This document shows, one piece after another, positions 1-11,600 of a DNA stretch of 64,000 bases. This stretch comes from Lophium mytilinum (lineage: Eukaryota). Within the stretch, counting starts at the first letter, position 1; every line of letters starts with the position of its first letter. Below the pieces are notes generated by a model, which made no database searches, was not told the origin of the DNA, and was given only the letters and a program-made list of their open reading frames with translations. Made by a program: the position numbers and the translations under genes. Where the stretch lies: NCBI GenBank assembly GCA_010093605.1, contig MU004197.1:248001-312000 (forward strand), written 5' to 3'.

Positions 1-1561
1 CGTCGCGCAACGGACATTCATAAGCCGAGAGATATGAGCCTTCTGCGCCAGAGCCGCCGTCTAGCTCTTCATAGTCGTCGAAATCTGGCTCGTCATAGTC
101 GTCGATGAAACGAGAGCCGTTGAGGCTCAAGCCCTCGAGTCTTGGCAGTTCAAGTTCCGTCCTCAATGCTGATGACTTTTCGCGGAACGGGAATTCGCCT
201 CCTTTCATCAGGTAGTCTATCACCGGAAGATTCAAGCCGGTCTTATGTTCCACTGGTTGAGCTTCGCCATATTGCCCTAGCTGAACAAATGGAAACCGCC
301 AATCATACATATCGCCATGGATTTGACCCTCGTCCAGATCGACGGTATAAGCGATCAGCGTTCCACGGACGGTAACTCGCTGCAATTGGCTGGATGCGAT
401 CCATTCGCGGAATTCCGGAAGCGCAGTGAGCCAAGAGCCCCCGTCGAGAGCCACTCTCTCGAGATCAAGGAATTTGAGGCTCGAGTCATGGTCCTTGAGG
501 AATCCAAGAAGAGCATCAAATTTGATCGCAATCCAAGCGAGTGAGAGATGTTGTAATCTTGGCCAATTGATCGTCATTCCATCGTTACTTAGTTGCAGAT
601 CTTCCAGGACCTGACCAAAGTCGCACATGAAACTGGCTTCATATGACGAAGTCGTCTGTTCTGATTTCCGAGCAAGCGTCAAGGATTGAAGATTGGGCAA
701 TACTCTGAGAGTGTTGATCGTGCTGTTTTGGTCATCCCGATTCTCGGAGAGATCGAAGCGGATACTGGTGAAATTGTTGAGGGCCCACTGCCACATGAAG
801 CGGCCCATATTCTCATTGCCAAACAACCAGCAGAATCCCCAAACGGAAAACCGGCGATAGGCGACGTCCGTCCACAGGGCCTCTACTTGCTTGAGCTTGA
901 CGCCAGCAGCGAAACAAGCCATGTACACTGCGTTGAAGAAAGTTGAACCTTCCCCATAGCGATTAGGAGTCTCCGAAAACTTGATGGACTCGAGAGCCGC
1001 CATTCGCTTCATCAGGGAGACAAGATTTTCGAGTTGATCCACCTCCGGTGGGTAATTTTCCCGATCAGTTGCCGCCAAGTATTCATAATGTTGGTAGTAC
1101 GGGGAGGACGGATCGCCCTCAGCTCGTTCCAGCAGCATCTCTCGCTCCACTTGCCGTTCCGCACCCCGAATGAATGACGAATCCAATTCCTGCCGCATCT
1201 CCCGCTCATAGTATCGGTTCATGGAATGAATGAAACCCACAGGCGAGTGCAGCGCGGATTCCCAGTCGATATCATGGGCTGCTCCGGACGGACAAAGGTC
1301 ATGTTCGGCTACGCAATCGAGAGACTTGATGTATTTCGCACAGTGTGGACCTTTGGTGAGCAACGTATGCAACCGCGTATAGCTGGATATGGTAGGTCTC
1401 AGGTATGCTTCCGAGAAGAGGTGTGGAATCGCAATCTCGTTGTACGTTTTTGATGCAAGCCGGAACGACTTTAGCGTAGGGACATCAAGATAGTTGCAGA
1501 CAGTGTGAAGCAACTCTGGTGGTAGGCTTGGAATAGGCCCATTCTGCTGGATATCGTCCAT
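1..1561 (-). CDS. F-box-like protein, 3' end runs off the window; paralog of 2726..4552
   Basis: ATG at 1561-1559 gives MDDIQQNGPIPSLPPELLHTVCNYLDVPTLKSFRLASKTYNEIAIPHLFS, then YGEGSTFFNAVYMACFAAGVKLKQVE. The frame is still open at position 1 (..GSYLSAYECPLRD), which explains its absence from the ORF track. I hand-translated 1561-781 and 120-1, not every codon between. Confidence 0.85.
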   Translation of the reverse strand, partial: MDDIQQNGPIPSLPPELLHTVCNYLDVPTLKSFRLASKTYNEIAIPHLFSEAYLRPTISSYTRLHTLLTKGPHCAKYIKSLDCVAEHDLCPSGAAHDIDWESALHSPVGFIHSMNRYYEREMRQELDSSFIRGAERQVEREMLLERAEGDPSSPYYQHYEYLAATDRENYPPEVDQLENLVSLMKRMAALESIKFSETPNRYGEGSTFFNAVYMACFAAGVKLKQVEALWTDVAYRRFSVWGFCWLFGNENMGRFMWQWALNNFTSIRFDLSENRDDQNSTINTLRVLPNLQSLTLARKSEQTTSSYEASFMCDFGQVLEDLQLSNDGMTINWPRLQHLSLAWIAIKFDALLGFLKDHDSSLKFLDLERVALDGGSWLTALPEFREWIASSQLQRVTVRGTLIAYTVDLDEGQIHGDMYDWRFPFVQLGQYGEAQPVEHKTGLNLPVIDYLMKGGEFPFREKSSALRTELELPRLEGLSLNGSRFIDDYDEPDFDDYEELDGGSGAEGSYLSAYECPLRD

Positions 1562-2725
1562 GCCGGAGAACTGGAGGACTGGAGGACCGGAGGCGCGATT
1601 GAGGCGGGAGAGTGGGGCTCAAAGATAGGCTGCTTGTGTTGTGGCTTGGTTGAAGGTAGTGGTTGTGAGGTGATGTGGTGGGTGGTGTTGATGAGAGTGT
1701 GGTGGTGCGAAGCTAGAGGGACTTGACTGTCAAAGAGGCGCACTTTGATTAGAAGCTGAACGGAAAGTGGAAGCACTCATGGTATTCACCGACACGGGCG
1801 ACAAGGCCCGACCTTCTGAGCGAAGACGAAGATACTCAGCATCAGGAACGCCGTATATTCCTACTTGCTACTCGTTATCATGGCAGATTGAATATATATG
1901 TAGTGTAGAATTTAGAAGTCCTCAGCCCAACTTTCAGCTCCTGCACTACTCGCTCCCGTTTGCCGTTCGCTAGTGATATTCGCTCTCTGATTCTCAACTC
2001 CTCAACCCTAGTCTACACGCCTCGCTCGCGAATCCACAAAGCACCGCCTCTCAAGCCGTATCGATCGCTCTGCTCATCGTACGAGAAACTAGGGTCGTTG
2101 CTATGTTCTAAGTGAGAGCCTGAAGTGGGACGTCAGTACGCAGAGCAGTTGGGATTCCGTTCTATGGTTCTGTTCCGGACGGTCGTCCATCTTTGGGGTG
2201 GGCAAACAGAGGTTGCGATGATATTGGGTCGTAGGGGTGTGGCTGCCGCGCCGTTGAGCAAGAAAGCTCACCATGACCGAGTCGCAGTAATCCAAGTAGG
2301 CGTGCCCAGACTGCGACTGTGAAGTACGACGTGGAATGTGTTTGGTTCGGCTTTTGCTGGTGACAGGCACACCCAGCTGTTGGGACATATGGGTTTAGGT
2401 GAGGTGTCGAAGAACGCTTAGAAGAAGGGCAAACGCAAGGCGCCGCCAAGAAATCGCTCTAACGGATGGTGAATGTGAGATCTACCAACTTACTAACATC
2501 CGCCCTTCGATTAATTCGCTGGGACTTCAACCAAAGGACTCACTCCAACCAAGCCGTTTGCGGTTGTCACTCTTCAACCTCGCAACCACCCGCAGCCCTC
2601 TCTAAGTCCTTCTGTTACCTACTTCCCGCCTACGCGCCTCATCCCCCACACCTCGAGCAGCCTTGTCGCTCAAGGCCGCTCGTCAACTTATACAAGACAC
2701 CGAAATCGATACCTACGTTACCGCT

Positions 2726-4552
2726 ATGTCATTTGACGGGACTCGAGGGACGAAGCGGAAAGACCTACCCCATGCCACGCCGGCAAAGGTCCGCGTGCAG
2801 GCTGTTACACCTCGCCATGGACTCTTTCGCAACCAAAGCAAAGCGATGGAGGGCTCCGAAACAACAACGGAGCTAGGCCGGGGACTCGCTGAGCAGCTTG
2901 CGCCCAATACTGTCTTGGAAACATCAGACCTTACCAGAGACGAAGCAAACCTCAAATCCCGCTTTGCCAACGACGTTTCACCAACATGCAACCTTGAGCG
3001 CACGGGAACCCTCGCAGACAATACACCCGGTCCGCTTGTCGGCTACAATCCAGACAGCGAGGATGGTTCAACTGCTTGGGAAGAGTTACGCTATTCTAGA
3101 AACGATCATTGCCGCAAGTCAGATGCTGGGTTCGACACGTCCTCGAAGTCTTCCGCGGCGTGCGACGTTTCCTCGTTGCTCAGGACAAATCAACTTGACG
3201 AACCAAAAACTACAATCGAAGACCTGCCTGCAGAGCTCATCCACCTCATTTGCAATTACCTCGATGTCCCAGCGCTCAAGGCTTTCCGGCTCGTGAAGCC
3301 GGACTACGGAGAAATCGCGATCAAGCACCTCTTCTCCGTGATGTGTATAAGCGACGACGATGGCAGGAATGCGATCACTCAGCGGATCCTTGAAAGTCAG
3401 AAGGGAAGAAGAGTACTGAAGCAGGCGAAGACGCTGGAGTGTCATGGTTCCACGAGCTTGGACTACGAAATGAGATGGCAGAACATGGCGATGCAGCTAC
3501 TATACGTAGGGCGCCTGGCTCGCACCCATGAAGATCCGGAAGCTCGAAAATACTTCCAGACATGGGCCGACCTGAGTAAAATTCCGGATAAAAAATACTT
3601 CGAAACTCACTTCTTCTACCGCCTGTTGAAGAACATGCACTCCTTGGAAACCATCAAATGCGTCATTGATGTTCCCAAAGTGCATACTCAAATAGGAAGC
3701 CACCTGTTTGGTTTTGGCAGCGAAGAGTTTTTCGAAGCAGTGTTACTCGCATGCGGTCTGAACGGTACCAAGATCAAGAATCTGGAACTTTCATTCGTGG
3801 ATCAGCAATATATGGCGTTCATTGGGGCGATCAACTGGTCCATAGGTCCGCCACCGCCTTTACTCCACGCCAGCACCTACAGTGGCTGGGCTCTTCCACA
3901 CATGGATAGCCTCACAAGCCTAACCATCCGCCTCCGACAACAGCCTGGCCAACGTGGATACGCCCAATCAATCACGCTCGGACTTCTACGCGAATGTCTT
4001 CGATGGCACCCGAACCTGGTGACCTTCCGTCTCGGGTTCCACCGGAATGACACGTACCCGGTTTCCTTGCACTCTGAATACATGCCACCCTCCGTATGGC
4101 GGAAGAAGTTGCAAATCCGCGGGCCCGCCGACGAAAACACCACCATGCCCAAACTAGAGTCTCTTTTGTTAGTCGGTATCAGCATGATCCCCGCCGAATT
4201 TCTCGCTTTCCTCAGCCCCCTCACGAGCTCCTTGAAGGTTCTGGAGCTAGAACTCGTTGGGCTGATCGGCATCGGTTCGTGGGTCTCGACACTGCCACAG
4301 CTCCGCGAGTGGACTCAGGCTAGCGCACTCGAGCGCTTGTCGATTCGCGGCTCGTTACTAGAGCGCAAAGGCATCAATGACGTAACCTACCCATTGAGGG
4401 GCAGTAGGATCAAGGATGGCGAGACCGCGGGCTTAGATCGGAGAGTTATTGAGTATCTGATGCACGCAGGCGAGTTCCCGTTGGCTAGTGCGTGTGATGA
4501 GCGGGACAGTCGTCCTTATGAATCGCTAGGAAAGAGAAAACGACTACGGTAG
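2726..4552 (+). CDS. F-box-like protein with disordered N-terminus and leucine-rich C-terminal region
   Basis: Long single ORF (track start 2663 is TTG; first ATG 2726). F-box-like IEDLPAELIHLICNYLDVPALKAFRLV, with LxxLxL repeats downstream (LTSLTIRL, LESLLLV, LKVLELEL, LERLSIR). Confidence 0.85.
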   Translation: MSFDGTRGTKRKDLPHATPAKVRVQAVTPRHGLFRNQSKAMEGSETTTELGRGLAEQLAPNTVLETSDLTRDEANLKSRFANDVSPTCNLERTGTLADNTPGPLVGYNPDSEDGSTAWEELRYSRNDHCRKSDAGFDTSSKSSAACDVSSLLRTNQLDEPKTTIEDLPAELIHLICNYLDVPALKAFRLVKPDYGEIAIKHLFSVMCISDDDGRNAITQRILESQKGRRVLKQAKTLECHGSTSLDYEMRWQNMAMQLLYVGRLARTHEDPEARKYFQTWADLSKIPDKKYFETHFFYRLLKNMHSLETIKCVIDVPKVHTQIGSHLFGFGSEEFFEAVLLACGLNGTKIKNLELSFVDQQYMAFIGAINWSIGPPPPLLHASTYSGWALPHMDSLTSLTIRLRQQPGQRGYAQSITLGLLRECLRWHPNLVTFRLGFHRNDTYPVSLHSEYMPPSVWRKKLQIRGPADENTTMPKLESLLLVGISMIPAEFLAFLSPLTSSLKVLELELVGLIGIGSWVSTLPQLREWTQASALERLSIRGSLLERKGINDVTYPLRGSRIKDGETAGLDRRVIEYLMHAGEFPLASACDERDSRPYESLGKRKRLR

Positions 4553-4847
4553 CGTGCAGGGTTGTCCATCTCCACCATGGTTTGCTCGGTTGGTTGGTTG
4601 CCTGCCGAGGCACTAAAATTGAAGAAAGGCACTTTAGGACTCTGGTGCGACGAAATGGGGACATTGAAAGCAGCTGAAAAGCATTGGAAAAGATGAGTGC
4701 CGGCCCCCATTGCGGGTAAAGCTTGGGCAGCTTGTGATTCTTGGCGTGGTGGATTAGATATCCAAATGGAATTTCTGGCCCCAACGCTCACTTCTGCAGT
4801 GACATTTCGTGGGTGCCACTGGTATATACTCATATGCTTTCTCCTAC

Positions 4848-6118
4848 CTAATTGCCATGCTCATCATGCCCAGAAAGTTTCGATGAATCCCCTGTAGCCT
4901 CACTGCCGACGGAACGCCTGCTCTCGCGACTGCTGATTGACTTTTCGGCCTCAATATCGTTGCCGACGAGGTTGATCGTATCCAGCGGATATAGCAGCTC
5001 TACAAGATCCACCGCCTTCCGAAAGCCCGTGTTTATGCAATTTCTCGACCCAGCGATGCCGGGAAATATCCCTCTTCCTTTGATTTCGGGTCCTTGGCGC
5101 ATACTCGCCGAAGATTGTGTCTTCCTTGAGCCACGGATGCGGACAGAGAAGTAATTCTTCCACTTCGAAGACGGCGCGAATCGAGGAAAAATCGGTCGGA
5201 GAACGGGGAGGCAAGCATTCACGACTCCAAGCGCCGGCTCGAGGAACGACCATACGCCGAGGTCCGCAGCACCGTGGGTAAAGTCTTGTAAGTCGATCCG
5301 AGCGATGCAAACAATTCGAAAAGTCGAGATGACGCAGATGCTATTGGCTTTGTCAGCGAACACAACATGTTGCCTTTGAAATGCTGAAGACGCTTACCCG
5401 CCGCCTAGACTGAACATAGCGAAGAGCCCAATCTTCCTCGACCACGGCAGCTGCAATTTCCAGAGAATCGGCATCGGCAAAGCCACAACGATCACGTCTA
5501 TAACGACATTTATAGTCCCGACGGCAATATAGATTGGCATCAAGTGTTTGCTGCAGTGACTCCGATTGTTCCAGGCAAGTTGGGTTGCGTTGCAGAGTAT
5601 GAGAGCCTTGAATATGACGAGTAAGTAGTAGAGCGTCGATGCCACCATCAGGGAATAGCAGAGACGGCGCACAGTGCGGGTTGGGAAGGTTACGATGTAG
5701 AGATGTAGGATTGAGAACTTCACGGACCGTGTTTGCGAATGCAGAGACTAATTGACTAGCAGTGAAGGCTTTCCAAGTCCGGCCGCGGTACCGTGGGTCG
5801 ACATCGATGGTGTGGTGGCCAATTCCAGCCCATGCTACGCCTGGGACATTGTGAGCGAAAACGTGATGCGCTCACGGAGACGGTAGGCAGCAAGAGGAAC
5901 GACCCACAAACAAAATTGATCGCGGATAGGATGATTGTGACAAAGAGCGCGCCTAGCACGGCGTAGTCGTTGAATGAGAATCGTTTTCTCTTAATATGGC
6001 GAGCCCATAGCCGGAGACAGACTACAGCTATTGCGAGAGGTTCTAGGACCGATATAAAAATGACAAATCTGACTCCTTTTGGGGCGCCGTACAGAGGGGG
6101 ATAATGAGGAGCGGCCAT
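4848..6118 (-). pseudogene. PTH11/SAT4-like (fungal rhodopsin-domain) membrane protein with an apparent +1 frameshift
   Basis: Motifs AVVCLRLWAR..NDYAVLGAL, VKFSILHLY, DVIVVALPMPILWKLQLPWSRKIGLFAMFSLG and WSFLEPALGVVNACLPVLRP. Introns 5907-5841 and ~5398-5342. Exon 2 (CVAWAGIGHH..SQLVSAFANT) is out of frame with SVKFSILHLY by one extra base at ~5727; a sequencing error is possible. Confidence 0.75.
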
Positions 6119-8654
6119 TATTGCGTACGACTGCCACTACAGCATGAAAGCTGGATACCTCAAGTCATCATGAGGTTCGAACACCGCTTCTGAGCAGCGC
6201 TTTATGGAGGCCAAATACACCGGTCTAAAATAGGCTGGTATCACGGGCTGAGCAAAGGCTGAAACTTCGATGCCCCTCAGCACGATCTTTTTGATCACCT
6301 GTGTGACCGTGGTGAGACCGAGGCGGATACGCAGTACCTCTCCAGGCTCATCTTTTGCCTATGTCGGAACAAGTAGAGCGCTACTTTTGGACCAATCAAT
6401 GCTCGTTGAGCTGGTGTATCCAATGTTTGCACTAAGCCGATGTGTCTCTCCCCGCGCTCTGGGGCGAAGTTCAGATTCAAGAGGTCGACGGGGAAGGAAA
6501 CGACCCGGGTCTAGTGTCACCATTGACCGGAAGCCCGTAGTTTGTGCTCTTTACCTCGGTGACCCAGCATTGATGACATAGCCTTCAGACGCATCCTGTG
6601 GTCAGGTGTAGGTGGCTTTCCATGAGTTACGGGGCGGAAGCTCCATTGCAACTAGTTCATTGGGCCAAAGCAGCCTTTCTCGGGGATCAAAAGCCATTGT
6701 GACACCGTGATCACTTGCAACGGTTTCCACGAGATGCATCTAAAGGCTGCATGTAGTTACTCCTGGCTGTGGTACTTGGTGGGACGGCTGGCAATTGGTC
6801 TTCTACACTCCTCGAAAGGCAGAATGCGCTCGAGGGCCTGTGATAGATCGAGAAACCACTGACGGATAAGTGTGCTAGGTCCTACTTTCGCGGACAAATA
6901 GACCGTTTTTCAGCATCCGCGCAACATCAATGTTCAAATGTTCTCCGAGATGAGCTAGCAATGCTAGGGGTCGGCCTATATGCGTCGTCCTCAGTAACAC
7001 CGCCCAAAGTGCCGCATATTATGTTTCCAATGCCTACCACTCCAAGTCTTGCTTCTCTTGCTACGATCCCGCACCGCCCGGGTACACTTGTTGATCGACG
7101 AACTAATGGTTGGCATCTCGGGGATGTAGGTGGGAGGAAGGCATTCAGAACTGGGTGAGCATGCGTACGAACCGGAATCTATGGCGCAGGCCTCTAGGTA
7201 GCTGGGGCTTCATCAGTATCTACCAACAAGAGGGAGAAGCAAAAGTATACATCAACTACAAGTCAACAGTCGTCTCTAATGCGAACGGTAAAGAAGGTCG
7301 GGACGCGTATAATAGGTCGCAATGCGCGTCTTGCGGTTCGCGCAGATGACGTTCGGAAGAGAAAAGCTTGACATGGCAATTGTGAGCCTAGCGTTACTTT
7401 AAAGAAACGCTGTTGAGTAGACATACTTGGAAATAGAGGTAGAGATGAAGCGACGATGTTGATGTTGATGATGGTGATGATGGTGTTGCTGTATTGAAAA
7501 AAGATTACGAGTATTATAGTTCTAATGAAATACGCTAGCTGTTCCATCCGAATCTCGCTCGGAGATTCCGACCTCCATCCATCACCAACTCAGCTTCATC
7601 CATCTGCCACAAGCCATCGCGTTAAAGATTGCAACTTTGTAATGATTTTGAATCGCTATATTGCCGTGCTCTGAATCCCTTTGCCAGGACACCTGCTGAT
7701 GGCTCCCCCCCAGGCGGCAGAAATCTAGAGGCTCCATGCCATGTGTCACTGTCACACCCTCTCTGGTCGCGCTTTCAAGCTATGAGATGACTTTCATTCC
7801 CGACTAGAAACCATGCAGTCTGTACTTCTGATGTGGGTAATTCTGGAAACATGGGCGAGTGGCGCGGTGCCGAGCATGGCAAACAGCATTCGGTAGTGGT
7901 AGGGTGAGTACTGTTGGAGATGAAAAAGACCAGATGGATGAAGCGGAAAGAGCATGCTGGAGCATACCAACCACAGAGCTCACGTCGGAGGGAGAGTATG
8001 GTTGGGGCTTGGTGGTGGTGAGCATCTTGAGATCTCTGTTCGCCGTAAGCCGTGATACCTAAGATGTCTTTGTAAGGCTAAGCACCGATTTTTGTCGCAA
8101 CTCATTATATACATTCTCTCCACGGTCCTCCAGCTCTATCTATTGATTCCAAGAGGCGATGGTAAATGAGCGACGCTGGTGCTCTAGAGGTGTCGAATTG
8201 GTATTCTCATTCATTGCTTATCTCCACGACAAATCCACTCGTTTTCATAAGGTTTGTTGCGGGCACCTACACGTCATCGGTTTTCGCCCTATCCACTTTC
8301 GTTGCTCATTTTTTGGGCGGTCGGCAACTCTGATTGGCCATATAGACGCCGCCAGCCGCGTGGGTTTCTTAAACTCACGACCCTCCCGCCGTCCACCTCA
8401 CCTCACACACAGCACGGGCTGAGCAGAAACCAGCCAACTCTTTTCAAACTTGTCAATTCGAAAGACGACATCCGTTTCTGGAAGATCATTCGCCGCAGGC
8501 TGCGAGAATACCGTGGCCCGGCATCTCCGTTTGCCTGCAGCGTGCTACGCCGCATCTAGGTAGGTACATCTCAGACTCTCTACTTCACACCGCGCGCGCC
8601 CCCCCCCTCCCTCCCCCATTCCCGACTCCTTTCACGTTTGCAACTGCTCTCAAG

Positions 8655-11600
8655 ATGGCTCTCGCGATGAGTCCCACGGACGAACAGCTCAGATACGTGA
8701 TCGATCACGTTTTCCTGCCCCCGAAAGTCAACAAGCAGGCAGACGACTTCTATGTCGACAGAAGCAACACTCTTCTCGCCATGTTCCTCGACAGTCTGAA
8801 GTCGTACAACGCGTCGTTACCGACTTGGGTATGGGTATCCCAGGGCTGGGATGCGTGCGTTGAGATGATCCAGACCATGTACGACCTGCAAAGCTCCTCA
8901 CTTGCCCTGGATATGAGGAGCCTTCGGGCCAAATATGACGCGTTGGTCACCGGAGGTAGGCTGTAAATGGAATATACAAAGACACACTGATGGCGGACTG
9001 TGACTAGGCACTATCGCACTGCATATTCGAGCACAGAACGCAGCCCTACTTATCCGAAAACATGATCACGACACCACCTTCGAAGCCTTCGAACTTTCTC
9101 CTACTACCAGTGCCGTCATGGGCTGCAAGTCGCGCCTGTGCCGCTCCTTCCCTGGTCCCGCCATCAGCGTCGCCAACAATGTTGTTGTGGACGCAGCTTT
9201 CCGGGAGCCGCTAATGGAAATGCTGGTGAAGCTGGACTCGGAAACTCCTATTGAGGTCTCCCAGGTCACCGGGACAACCAAGGCCAACTCTGTGGTCTTG
9301 GAGAGTCGCGAAAGCATTGATCCAATGATGGTAATCGGGCTCCTCATGGGCGCTTTGCGTGCTGCTGGCGTGCCTGCCCGCAACGTAGTTCGCATTGAAA
9401 AGAACACGCGCGACGATGTTCTTTGGAAAGACGCAAGGAACCCTTGGCGACGATCATCACTATGGCTTCTGCTTCGTGTCGCCGTCGAGACCACGATATG
9501 CCAGCCTGGAATACAGGATGGACCTCGTCAATTCAAATCGTTCATGATCTACTTTTTGAGCCAGGTCCTGCAGATTGCCATGGATGAAGCACGCGACCTT
9601 CCAAGCGACTTGCTTTTTGTAATGAAAACTAAGATCAGTCGGCGCATTCTGAAATTGGGTGAGGCGTCTTCCATACCCGGCGTTGATGCAATTCTCCACT
9701 CAACCCGATCGAGGTTGAAGAGCAAATGGGAGGAGCTGCAGATTGAGAAGGACCCGAACCATATCTGGAAGTCATGGGATGAGGCCCAGTCACACATATC
9801 CTTTCCAGAAGACACGAAATTGGTGCTCAAAACCTTCCGCCGATACCTAGGGTCCGTTTCCGCCCGAGACATATCCACCGCTGTCGAGACAGGGTTCAAG
9901 CCTACCCGGCTGCAGCGTATCCACCGGCGTAGCCATACTTTGCCTAATTTATACGGCCTATCTTCTGCCGGTTCCGAACAACAACTTGTTTTGCTCACTG
10001 ATTTTGAATGTTGGGTTGATATTTGCCTTTCCAAGTGGCTAGTAAACAACATCCAGGATTCAGACACCACGCGTAAACTCGCAGTTTTACTAAAGCTTTA
10101 TGCTACAGCAGGGCGGCAGGTATACGAAGGTAACCCTATACTGGTATCCAAGATGTTTCTCACAACCATGGAGCTCTGGGTTGCAATGGACAAATCTACT
10201 ATTACTCAGCATTCTCTCGTCGCGAACTATTACCCAGACTTCCCATCCACACTCTTGGAGCCGGTTCTTTTGCCGTCGAAGAGAGAACTAACCCGACTTG
10301 CGTTGGTTGAAAAGTACATGCAGTCTCGGAACACTCCGGCCACTCTTGGACACCGCGTCCATTTCCTGTCTACCAAATCTGATAGCCTCTCCGTTCGTTA
10401 TTATGAAAGCTCGCCGAATCACATGCAGCTTCTTCAGCGCATAGAGACTGAAGCGACAAGGAGTCGAGAAGAGAAGCGGGATGAGTTCAACCGGTTGAAG
10501 ACACTCTACGGGAAACTTTCAAATCAGCTTGCCAACATGGTCTGTAATAACACAACGTTTTGGAGGAAAGGCAAGGGCCTGGTCACCGAGCATTCGGATA
10601 GCGATTGTAAGAAATGCCAGTTGAAGAAGGGAATGGAGGACATGAAAATCGATGTTCACGAGTGGCCGCTGCCTTCCGACAGCGTTCAGGCCAAATTGGT
10701 CGTATTTGAGCTCGACGTACCCGAATCGATCCGACAATGGCGAGACACGACGTATTGGCTTCAAGCTGACATCCTTGCTCGAGAAGACTACGGCTCTAAG
10801 TCACGGCTATATTGGCTTAGTACCTATGATGATCTGTACAACAATCCGGCGCCGACGCTGGGAAGATTACAGCTAGGATCACACGAGAAGTCTTTCACCA
10901 TCGCCCACTACAGGTCCACGCCCGTCTCGACCGCCACTGAGGCCGGCGTAATGGTGAATCATGGCATGAAATACGACCTATGCGACCGTGACCTAGAGCG
11001 AACTGCACGCCGTTGTATCGGCGGATTAAGTATCCGCCCCGAGTGCACATTTAAACTCGACAGTGAACCTTATTGGATGCTTCAAGACACCATCTCTGAC
11101 ACAACTCATACTTCGAATGAGGTCATAGCTCGTCAAGGGGAATGTATCCCTGCCATGACTCTTCATGAGTTCTATGCGTTTGGCAGTCTACGTGCAGGCC
11201 ATCGCCTTCAATGGATCAACATAGCGAGGGAGCTGAGCGAGAACGTCCTGTCCTTCAACGAACACGATGTGTGCGCCTTGTTTCTCCAAGCTTCTTTGCA
11301 AGCTGGGCCAGCGGCGATGTTTTCAATTCTTCGCGAGTCTCACGAGATATTGGAACAGAAACATGTTTGCCTAGGCTTACTCGCCGCCCTTGATGAGGGC
11401 CTTTCGGGCGTCGAAGCTAATTGGCAGAGCGCGATAGCAATGCGTCTGTTCACCGTTCTTGCGTCTCGTATCTTGTCCCTTGCTGGTCAGGGGGATTTAG
11501 AGGAGACATGTCGACTCTTCTTACGCCGAGTCCGCAAGATCGTTCTAAGTTGGACACGAGAGCTTCAGGGGAAACTCCAACGGAGCACCGACGAAGGCGA

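Noticed and set aside
6270..8560. Small ORFs between the PTH11-like gene and DUF3638 paralog 1
   Set aside because: No motif or consistent exon chain could be built; treated as intergenic or decayed.
8590..8625. C-rich tract (possible minus-strand G-quadruplex) upstream of DUF3638 paralog 1
   Set aside because: Pyrimidine-rich 5' leaders are ordinary in filamentous fungal genes, and there is no further support.
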